Below are positions 9,518 to 18,147 of a stretch of 64,000 nucleotides of DNA, piece after piece (the stretch's first letter is position 1; each line of letters starts with the position of its first letter). This stretch comes from Syntrophales bacterium (GTDB taxonomy: Bacteria; Desulfobacterota; Syntrophia; Syntrophales; UBA2210), in assembly GCA_963666365.2 (NCBI GenBank), contig CAXXNF010000002.1, forward strand, positions 2,240,001 through 2,304,000. Reading direction: 5' to 3'. Position numbers and translations under genes: made by a program. The notes below the pieces were generated by a model. That model searched no databases, was not told where the DNA came from, and saw nothing but the letters and a program-made list of their open reading frames with translations.

Positions 9518-10864
9518 ATGAAGCAGAATTATTGGAAGATTTTTTTGGTACTGACTCTGTGTCTTGTCGTCTCCTGGGGAATGGCCATGCCGAAAAGCGC
9601 ATGGGCCATACCGAAATTCGATTTTGATGCAATGTCTGATATGTCCGATTTCGATCCCCGTGCGTCCATTGAACCGAGCGGAGACGTCATCAAGATCGGA
9701 TACTTTAATATCTTTTCGGGCGCCGGCGCCGGCAATGGCGAGCTCAACGTCATATCACTGAAGTGGGCCGCCCATGATATGAACAAACGGGGGGGTATCG
9801 TCGTGGACGGCAAAAAGAAAAAGATCCGGCTGTACCTCGGCGACACACAAAGCAAACCGTCCATCACCAAGAAGGTGGCGGAAAAATTCTGTCTCGAAGA
9901 CAATGTTGACATTATGGTCGGCACCCCGGGCAGTCACCTCACCCTTGTCATACAGACCGTCGCGGCTAAGTACAAAAAAATACACCTCAACGACCGGGGC
10001 GTTTCCGAGGCACTCATGAACGGCACGAACTTCAGCCGCTATACCTTCCGTACCTGCACGACCACGGCGATGTTCGGCCAGGCGATGGCCTACTACTATT
10101 CAAAGCGGCCGGAAAAGAAGTTCTACATACTTTGTCAGGATTATTCCTACGGCCACGATATTGCCAATTCCTTTAAAAAAGCCCTGAAAGCATACAAGCC
10201 CGACCACGAAATCGTGGGCGAGGAATATCATCCCATCCTGCTGAAAGACTTTGCCCCCTATCTTACCAAAGTCAAGGGATCGGGTGCCGAGGTGATCTAT
10301 ACGGGCGACTGGATGCCGGACAGCCAGGGGTTGGTCATTCAGGCCAACGATCTGGGCATCACGGCTCAGATCGCCAATCTCTATGCCGACATATACCAGT
10401 CGCTGGTGACGATCGGCCCTGAGGCCGGGAAGCGCATGATCAACGGCAACTCCCACATGATCACCATTGAAACGCCGGAAAACCAGGCATTCAACAAGGT
10501 ATGGAACAAGTCATGGAAAAACTGGCAGAAGCCCTATGACACGGACATGTACAAGTGGCCCGCAGGGGTCTACGGAGAAAACATGGTGAGCAGTTACTGG
10601 CTGCTCGGCATCATTGAAAAGGCCGGGAGCACCGATCCCGAGAAGATAATCGCCGCCTGGGAGGGAGATGAATACGAGGCCTTTAACGGTGTTGTGAAAA
10701 TGCGCACCTGCGATCATCAGATGGTGCGCGACATGTTCATCTCGCAATTTGAGTCTCCGAATCCCTGGTATGACGGCATCGCATCCTATGGAAAGGCGTT
10801 TGTAGTCCCGGCCAAGTACTGTACACAGCCGATACCGGAAGATCTGGAAAGGTGTAAGAAATAG
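9518..10864 (+). CDS. Branched-chain amino acid-type (LivJ/LivK family) ABC substrate-binding protein
   Basis: Signal peptide; IKIG, NKRGGI, YTFRT, QDYSYG, DFAPYLTK, MRTCDHQ; AAGGAGG RBS. Confidence 0.88.
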   Translation: MKQNYWKIFLVLTLCLVVSWGMAMPKSAWAIPKFDFDAMSDMSDFDPRASIEPSGDVIKIGYFNIFSGAGAGNGELNVISLKWAAHDMNKRGGIVVDGKKKKIRLYLGDTQSKPSITKKVAEKFCLEDNVDIMVGTPGSHLTLVIQTVAAKYKKIHLNDRGVSEALMNGTNFSRYTFRTCTTTAMFGQAMAYYYSKRPEKKFYILCQDYSYGHDIANSFKKALKAYKPDHEIVGEEYHPILLKDFAPYLTKVKGSGAEVIYTGDWMPDSQGLVIQANDLGITAQIANLYADIYQSLVTIGPEAGKRMINGNSHMITIETPENQAFNKVWNKSWKNWQKPYDTDMYKWPAGVYGENMVSSYWLLGIIEKAGSTDPEKIIAAWEGDEYEAFNGVVKMRTCDHQMVRDMFISQFESPNPWYDGIASYGKAFVVPAKYCTQPIPEDLERCKK

Positions 10865-10924
10865 AAGGTCACAAGAGCTCGAAAGTTATAAAAATATACC
10901 GTCAGACATTGTTCAATCACTGAC

Positions 10925-10971
10925 GAAAGGGCCATGGCCGGGAAAACGAAACGTCCCACCATGGCCCTTTC
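10925..10971. terminator. Hairpin between convergent genes (probable bidirectional terminator)
   Basis: Perfect 13-bp stem gaaagggccatgg/ccatggccctttc. Confidence 0.65.
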
Positions 10972-11008
10972 ATTGTCAGGAATTACCATCAATTACAGCT
11001 GACTGCCA

Positions 11009-14000
11009 TCAGGGCATCGATATTTTCCAGAGAATATAGCTCAGTTCCTGCGGCCCGATGGTTCCGTCTTCATTGACATCGGAGACGGGAAAGATAGAAA
11101 TGCCGTCCGACATGCCGGTAAGCACTTTCAGGACCGCCACGGCGTCATCAAGCGTAACCCGCGAATCGCCGTTTACGTCGCCGGGAATCTCCCCTATGGT
11201 GATTGTCACGGTAAGAGGATCCAGTTCGCTTCGCAGCGCATCCTGGACGGTCACCTGAAATAGGCCGTTTTCCGCCGAAGAACTGAAGGTACGGCTCGAT
11301 CCGTCCCCCTCCATGAAAACGGGAATATCATCGGAAAATTCCCATACGTAAATACCACTGCCCCCCACCGCCTCTATCGTCACGTTTCCTCCCCGCTGCA
11401 GTGTGACAGCGCCGTCTTGACGGAGAGCAAACCGTTCCTCCACTATGGATACCGTGAGGGGCTGCGATGCCAATCCTGGGAATAGGCTGTCGTGGGCGGT
11501 AATCTCCACTGCTCCCACTGCGAGGGCGGAAAGGATTCCCGCACTGTCCACAACGGCAAGGCCGGTATCGGATAGGGTCCAAAAATAGGCGCCGGAGCCT
11601 CCTGTAGTCACAAGAGTCAGCGTGGCATCTGCTTCGACTTCAAAATCGCCGGCGGTAAGCGTTAATGGTAACACATCCTGGACCAGCGGGTTCATGCCTC
11701 GCTCCAGTTCCATTCCGTCGGGAGCGAAATCGCCGTCCGTATCGGCCTTAGTGGGATCGGTGAACTCCTGCATCTCCCGCAGATTGGAAAGACCGTCCGC
11801 GTCGGGGTCATCACCGGGCAGTGCCCCGAGCCCGCTGAAGTAGCGTTCTTCCCAGGAATCGTCAAGGCCGTCATTGTCGCCGGGTGTGAGCGGGCCGGTC
11901 GGCGCAACGGCGGTCCGTTCCCTGCCGCCGGAAGTAACGGCCGTAACGGCATAGTAATAGGGGTTCCTTTTTTTGGCGGTGGTATCGTCGAAGGTAAAAC
12001 CTGTCGTCACGGCAAGGGGAGTCATTGAGGTTACGTAGTTGAAAGGCGCTTCGGCACGGTATATCCTGAATTCCGAAAATCCCGCAGGGGTACTGTACCC
12101 TTCCCAGCTCAGACGCACCCGCGTCTCTTCGGAGGTGGAAAGATCGGCAAGTACCACAGATACGGGCACAGGCGTTCCCGTATCCGATGGCGCATACCAG
12201 TCCATTGGAAGCGAGGGCATGCCTCCTGCAACCGTTACAATGGTGGCAATGTTCCCTTCGGCCAGATCCAGTACATGAGCGCCGGTGCTCCAGCCCCCGG
12301 CGACGTTCACGGCGTTGAAGACAAGCTTCGTTTCGTCACCGCTCCAGAAAAGACGGACCGGCCCCATGTTGGCGGCCGAGGCCACCAGCCGGCGGTCCAA
12401 TGTACCGCTCTGGAGATTTGCCACATGGATGCCGTCGGACATAAAAAAGGCTATAAATTGTCCCGTCGGAGAGAGCGCTGCCGGCGCAATTTCGTTCAGC
12501 TCACAAATCACCCGGTCTACCTGCAAATCGGAGAACAGGGCAATAAGCGACTGCCGGTAGCCGTTTTCTTCTATTTTTCCCTGTGCGTAGAGACGCGATC
12601 CATCGGGAGACCAGAGGGGATTTGTCAAATCCTCCCGTAAAACAACTTCGCCGGTGGCAACGGTAAGGATTCCGAGCATTACCGGAGACGCATAATCCCG
12701 AAACCATACAAAGGCAATATGCGCCCCGTCAGGCGACCAGGAAACGGCGGTAATGGAACCGGATGATACCGAATAGAGCACCTGCGGATCGCTGCCGTCG
12801 AGATGTGCGCTCACCAGATCGTACTCGAACGTTCCTTCATGCTGACGGGCGTAGAGAATGCGCGTGCCGTCGGGAGAAAAATCCGGAGTGAAACGCCAGG
12901 GCAGAGTATCGGCGATGGTGGTGAGATTGCTCCCGTCGGCGCCCATTACCTGCAGACCGGAACTTACACAATAAATGTGGCTGCCGTCCGGACTCCAGAG
13001 AACGTTGTCGGCGGAAACCGAGGCAATAACACTTTGCGCGGACCCGTCGGCATCGATCCGGGAGACGGTTCCCATACCGTCACTGTAGACGATAGGGCCG
13101 GAGAGTGCACTGGCAAAAGTCCCCACAGTGCGGAATGACAGGGTAAAGGCATTCTGAAGAGGATTACCCTTCATATCCGTAAGAACGGACGTTCCCGTCA
13201 CCTCGTACTGGGTTCCATAAACCAGGGGAGAGGAAGGCGTCAGGGTAAGACTGCCGTTATCATCGGCATAGGCCGTAAAAGCTACTTCTATCCCGTTTTG
13301 TTGCAGCGAAATAGCTGCAGCGGCCGACGTCTGATCCACCTTTTCATCGAAAATGAGTGTAATGGCGCCGCCAGGGGCCATCACGGCGCTTCCCCGGGAA
13401 GGAATACTCGACACCAGCGAGGGACCCGTTACATCGGCAGTGGTAAAATACCAGACTCGGGGCTGTACCAGCGCCCTCCCCAGGGCATCTTCCACATTTC
13501 CTCCCATGAAGACGCGATATCGGGCGTCCGACTGCAGCATTTCCGGCACAAGCGTCAGGATTCGGGAATTTTCATCGTATGATATTCCCAGGGCAATCCG
13601 CTCGACAAAGTTCCCCTCCCCGTCAAGGCGCGAAAGTGCAATCCACTCGGAAGTAAAGCTTTCCTCTTTCATATCTTCCGAAAACACCACCGTGAGATCA
13701 CTGTCGAGAGGAACGCCGGTGGTATCGGGTGCGGGGGTTTGCCCGGCGATGGTAGCCGTGCTGATCGGTTTTCCGAAGGTGACGATCCGGGCCGCCGGAT
13801 CGGCGGTAATCATGCGATCGCCGAAGAGTTCGTACTTGTAGGCGTAAGTGCCCAGGTCCGCCGTAAAGGTTTCATAACTGAAAAGATCGAATACCTTCGC
13901 CGTAAGCTCGCTCGTGTAGACCGCCGCAGAAAGGGAATAGGGGGGAGCATTCACACGGTCCACATAGTGGATAAGGCTTTCCGACATCATGAAACGCTGC

Positions 14001-17000
14001 CCGTTCTTTACCTGGGGCTGGAAGCTTATAGGCATGGAGATCCCCGAGGCCAGGCGCACGAGTGAAAGCCAGGATTCCTCACAGGTGTCCTCCCAATACC
14101 CACCCACCACCTCGCCGTGCATCCGGTAGGCGATAAAAGCGGCGAGCCCTCGTACACATCCGGCATGGGCAATGCGGAGTGGATCTTCCGAATCACGTGG
14201 AATTACCGTGACCTCCTCGCCGGTTACTCGATTGACGGCATGGAGACTCTCTCCCAGAGGTTCCCGGTAATCGGCGCCGATCACCTCATCGAGATATTGG
14301 ACGGCATAGTTATTACCGTCGCCGACCTTATACAGGACCCATTGGCCGTCGAACCCAAGCACTTCCGGCCGCTGCCATGACTCGAGGCCGGACAGTTCGA
14401 GAATCGTTTCGGACTCCGCGTCCCCTGCCTTCCATCCGTACATTGACGGCACTCCCGTATGTGAATCGAGCCACACCACCTCATCTCCTTTGATGAAGCC
14501 CGCCGTGAGGGAAACGCCATTGGCCGAGGGGACGCGCGCGCTTTTCTTCGTGACAATATCGTACACAAAAAGTGAAAATGTTTTTTCCTCCGGATCAAGA
14601 CCGGGCGCTTCGGCACCGGTACTCTTGCAGTAGAGCACCAGGTCTCCTGAAATGCCCAGGAACGAGCAGGAGGTCGACGGTTCGGCGTTGTATCCGCCCG
14701 TACCCTGATAATAGTCGCCTGTTTCGAAGAGCAAACTGTTTTCGCCGGTACGCATGTCGAAGAGATATACCTTCCCGCCGTAGAGGTAAAAATAACGCTG
14801 GCCGTCGACAAAGTAGCGAAGTCCTGCACCGACATATTCGGACGTAGTGACTGTATCGGAACGGTCCGCCGCAGTGAACTCGTTGGCAATATTCAACTCG
14901 TACGCTTCCGTTTCCGTCCCCATCGTAAAATATACCGACCTGCTCAGACCGGAATCGGCGGTCACCGTCAGATCATAGGCGCCGCGGCGGGAAACCGTCA
15001 GTCCGCTTACGACCGGTTCGGCCGGTTCGCCATTATAACTGAGCGATGCCGAATACCCGCCTGACGATACCGAAATTGTGATGGTGACCGGTTCATCATA
15101 GGCGCCGCCCTCTTCTACACCGTTGATTACAATGCCCACGGGCGTTGCGCCGGCAGTCACCTCTTCCGTGGAAAAGGACCAGCTTTCGGGAACCAGCGGA
15201 TTCCCGGCCAGATCGGTAATTTCTTCAGTCAACGTTACCGTATAAATAGTGCCGGGAAGCATCCGGCCCGAATTTATGAGAAGCGCATTGAGGGCGCTGT
15301 CGTAACGGACCGTAAAGGAACGTTCGATTCCTTTCGCCTCAAGAAGAATCGCGCCGCCGGCAAGAGTATCCCCATCAATGGCCTCGCTGAAACTGACCCT
15401 AACGATCTGGTAGAGGGGAGTTTCTTCACTGTTGCGGCCCGGCGTAAAATGGGTTACCCGGGGACGAACATCGTCGCTATTGCCCTCGGGCCAGAATTCG
15501 GCAAGCTGGGACTTCGCCCAGGCATCCCATCCGGGAAACCCCTGTCGGACCGCTTCTATATGCCGGTCGGACCAGATGCCGATGGCCGAAAGCAGCTGCT
15601 GGAAATAACCCACTGCGTCAGGCTCCGTTCCCTCTATGAGGCAGTAGGGGTTTCTTGTGCTGAACCACTGGTTGACTCCCTCTCCGTATATTTCTTTAAA
15701 AAGAGCAATGATTTCCTCGCGCAGATCCATCAGACCATCCAGACTGGCCGGACCGTAGAAGGCGTGCAGATAGTTCAGCTCTGTCAGAAAATCCCTGTAG
15801 CCCTGTTCCGAGGGAAAGTCAGGGAGCGAATTGTAGTCGGTAACGATAAAACGGATCAGGCTGTTGAGTGTGGCCTTCCCCTGAAGCTCCAGAAGCAGAT
15901 CCTTGGTTTTTTTCATCCGCCCGTTGAAAGCGTTCTGGCCTTGAATATAGCCGATGTGACTGTCCACGGACGCTACTGCACTCTCCACGTCATCGCCGAT
16001 GTTCCAGTCGCTGATGAGCACAGGGACAATCAGGTTGTCCCACTGGCGTGATGCTTCGTTATCCTCTATAGAAGCGTCGAGGCAGAGATAGGACCAGTTA
16101 TTCATAACATGAGAAATCAGGTCCGCTTCTGCCGTCTCCACTTCCGCGTGTTTGGAAATTGCCGCATCGATGAACTCCTGCTTTCCCTTCATGAAGGCCT
16201 CGAAGTCGAGAGCCTGATCCCTCACACGGTAGAGATTGAACTCCACATCACCCATCAGTTCCTCGGAAAGAGGACTCACGGCCACGGTGGCCACGGGAGA
16301 CCCGTTTGCATAGGTATAGGTGGAATTCGTTTTAAGACCCGCCTCGGCCATGACCCGGTAGGCGTAGGCCAGCTTCACAAGGCCGCTACCGTAATCGGCA
16401 AAGGAATAGTCTATGATATCGGGTGTGTGTGCGGGCATCTGAAGGGAGGATGTCAAAGGACCCGTGGGAAAGTAGGGATTATATTCACGGCCGAGAAAGT
16501 AAGGTCCGGGGCCGTCTGAAATTGTCAGTTGAACAATGCCTTCCTCCTCTTCCTGGAAGGTGCGAAGGTCCTGCTGAGGAAATCCGCTCTCGTCCCAGTA
16601 GGCAGCGATGAGGGCGTTTCGTTCCGCTTTCCCCGCATCCACGGTTGCCTTGAGCGTATCGTACTGACCGAGGGCATCGACACGGGCATTCCGGTGCGGT
16701 GTATAGAGATTATCCGCATAGGCGTCAAAGTATGCCCAGTTGTCATTTACGTCCTTGAGATAGATCTGCTTGTTGGAATCCGGCTCCGATGAGCCGTTGA
16801 TGTTCGCCGTGATCTGCTGGCGCTCCGCACCCGCCTCCTGATATATCTTCTGATAAAGGTAGTCAAACACATCCCAGCAGTATTCGCCCGCCTCGAAGTC
16901 CGCCTTGAGGCTGTCCATCGATGTAAGATAGGGACCGATGTCGAAGGCATAGAGCTCGTTGCTGAAGTCGAGGGGGAAGGCGGGGTCGTTGACGGCCCTT

Positions 17001-17755
17001 ACCGTATAATTCTGAATATTCCTAAGGTTATATTCGAACCGCAGCACGTCGTCGCTATACACGGTAAAGGCGCTCTTCAGGTCCTTCATTTTTTCCAGTG
17101 TCTTTTCGGCCCTCCGGGCCATCGTCTTGACATTCTGCGCGAACGCTTCGGTCTCAAGGCCTGCAAGCTTGGCTTCTTCGATGGCTTTGTAGTTATCGAT
17201 GAAACCGTTGGCGCCGTCGTAGAAGTCCTTGGCCAGACCGATTACATTCACTGTAGCGAGATCCTCGACGATATCCTTGAGGGAACTGAAGGTGTCGTAG
17301 GCGGTTTTGAGGTAGGAAAAGGCCTCATCCTGCTTGTTAAGGGTTCGCATGGCCGCCACTCCCTGAAGGGCCTCGGTGGCGTCTTTGAGAGACTTCTCGG
17401 CCTGCGCAACCTTGGCATCCCAGAAGGCCTCTGTAAAAGCCTCGCCCAGAGACAGCGAAAGCGAAGGGGGCGCATACCCCGGTTCCTCACGGCGCACCTC
17501 CAGGACATTGTCGTAGAACACCGGCGTCAGATTCGACTCGATATACCGATTGAGATCGGTCAGCATCTCCAGGGCCTCGCCGAGCTTCTTCTCCCGGGCA
17601 AGGTCGTTGATGGAATCGACCCGCTCCTGTATATAGACCTGTGTATCCTGTATCTCCTGCCGGGCGGTCGTCGCATCGGCAAAAACCTGAACCGGAATAA
17701 ATCCAAGTATCAGCATAAGCGGGAGAAATATCCCCTTTGTGTGCATTTTTCTCAT
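11009..17755 (-). CDS. Giant secreted protein: helical N-terminal region, Big_5 Ig-like domains, TolB-like beta-propeller, TSP3-like Ca-binding repeats, C-terminal dockerin-like domain
   Basis: Signal peptide ending VFA; three Big_5-type units (FSE/FDE...L.P...Y.V...DLAGN.L...WSF.T); WSPDG repeats; DNDGLDDSWE/DADGLSNLRE/DTDGD; GDVNGDSRVTLDDA...SDVNEDGTIG. Confidence 0.85.
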   Translation of the reverse strand: MRKMHTKGIFLPLMLILGFIPVQVFADATTARQEIQDTQVYIQERVDSINDLAREKKLGEALEMLTDLNRYIESNLTPVFYDNVLEVRREEPGYAPPSLSLSLGEAFTEAFWDAKVAQAEKSLKDATEALQGVAAMRTLNKQDEAFSYLKTAYDTFSSLKDIVEDLATVNVIGLAKDFYDGANGFIDNYKAIEEAKLAGLETEAFAQNVKTMARRAEKTLEKMKDLKSAFTVYSDDVLRFEYNLRNIQNYTVRAVNDPAFPLDFSNELYAFDIGPYLTSMDSLKADFEAGEYCWDVFDYLYQKIYQEAGAERQQITANINGSSEPDSNKQIYLKDVNDNWAYFDAYADNLYTPHRNARVDALGQYDTLKATVDAGKAERNALIAAYWDESGFPQQDLRTFQEEEEGIVQLTISDGPGPYFLGREYNPYFPTGPLTSSLQMPAHTPDIIDYSFADYGSGLVKLAYAYRVMAEAGLKTNSTYTYANGSPVATVAVSPLSEELMGDVEFNLYRVRDQALDFEAFMKGKQEFIDAAISKHAEVETAEADLISHVMNNWSYLCLDASIEDNEASRQWDNLIVPVLISDWNIGDDVESAVASVDSHIGYIQGQNAFNGRMKKTKDLLLELQGKATLNSLIRFIVTDYNSLPDFPSEQGYRDFLTELNYLHAFYGPASLDGLMDLREEIIALFKEIYGEGVNQWFSTRNPYCLIEGTEPDAVGYFQQLLSAIGIWSDRHIEAVRQGFPGWDAWAKSQLAEFWPEGNSDDVRPRVTHFTPGRNSEETPLYQIVRVSFSEAIDGDTLAGGAILLEAKGIERSFTVRYDSALNALLINSGRMLPGTIYTVTLTEEITDLAGNPLVPESWSFSTEEVTAGATPVGIVINGVEEGGAYDEPVTITISVSSGGYSASLSYNGEPAEPVVSGLTVSRRGAYDLTVTADSGLSRSVYFTMGTETEAYELNIANEFTAADRSDTVTTSEYVGAGLRYFVDGQRYFYLYGGKVYLFDMRTGENSLLFETGDYYQGTGGYNAEPSTSCSFLGISGDLVLYCKSTGAEAPGLDPEEKTFSLFVYDIVTKKSARVPSANGVSLTAGFIKGDEVVWLDSHTGVPSMYGWKAGDAESETILELSGLESWQRPEVLGFDGQWVLYKVGDGNNYAVQYLDEVIGADYREPLGESLHAVNRVTGEEVTVIPRDSEDPLRIAHAGCVRGLAAFIAYRMHGEVVGGYWEDTCEESWLSLVRLASGISMPISFQPQVKNGQRFMMSESLIHYVDRVNAPPYSLSAAVYTSELTAKVFDLFSYETFTADLGTYAYKYELFGDRMITADPAARIVTFGKPISTATIAGQTPAPDTTGVPLDSDLTVVFSEDMKEESFTSEWIALSRLDGEGNFVERIALGISYDENSRILTLVPEMLQSDARYRVFMGGNVEDALGRALVQPRVWYFTTADVTGPSLVSSIPSRGSAVMAPGGAITLIFDEKVDQTSAAAAISLQQNGIEVAFTAYADDNGSLTLTPSSPLVYGTQYEVTGTSVLTDMKGNPLQNAFTLSFRTVGTFASALSGPIVYSDGMGTVSRIDADGSAQSVIASVSADNVLWSPDGSHIYCVSSGLQVMGADGSNLTTIADTLPWRFTPDFSPDGTRILYARQHEGTFEYDLVSAHLDGSDPQVLYSVSSGSITAVSWSPDGAHIAFVWFRDYASPVMLGILTVATGEVVLREDLTNPLWSPDGSRLYAQGKIEENGYRQSLIALFSDLQVDRVICELNEIAPAALSPTGQFIAFFMSDGIHVANLQSGTLDRRLVASAANMGPVRLFWSGDETKLVFNAVNVAGGWSTGAHVLDLAEGNIATIVTVAGGMPSLPMDWYAPSDTGTPVPVSVVLADLSTSEETRVRLSWEGYSTPAGFSEFRIYRAEAPFNYVTSMTPLAVTTGFTFDDTTAKKRNPYYYAVTAVTSGGRERTAVAPTGPLTPGDNDGLDDSWEERYFSGLGALPGDDPDADGLSNLREMQEFTDPTKADTDGDFAPDGMELERGMNPLVQDVLPLTLTAGDFEVEADATLTLVTTGGSGAYFWTLSDTGLAVVDSAGILSALAVGAVEITAHDSLFPGLASQPLTVSIVEERFALRQDGAVTLQRGGNVTIEAVGGSGIYVWEFSDDIPVFMEGDGSSRTFSSSAENGLFQVTVQDALRSELDPLTVTITIGEIPGDVNGDSRVTLDDAVAVLKVLTGMSDGISIFPVSDVNEDGTIGPQELSYILWKISMP

Positions 17756-18147
17756 ATCGACATCTCTGCTTTTTTATTGGCAAGGGTACCCTATCATCCA
17801 GTGTTCGTCAAGCAAGCGGGAGCCGGCGTCATAAAGAAACAGCAGCAACTCAGAAACCGCCAATCATGACATATGTATCTGATATTATAAACTATTTTAC
17901 GCCTTGCTCTCTTCAGCAGATCTTCTTTCTTTCGTGATGTGTGCAATTTCACAGGAGGCAATTCGCGTTGCAATTACAGGTTGCACATACATTCACTTAT
18001 GGTATGTATAGATATCACATTCAGAATCGTGGGCCCCGCCTTGGTCGGAGAGTATCGCGCGACCCGGCAATGGCGCCCGGCATGTGTCGTAAATTTTTCT
18101 TTCTTCGCAGACAGCCAGTAAAAAGAATGCAATGAAGGAGGCGTCTC

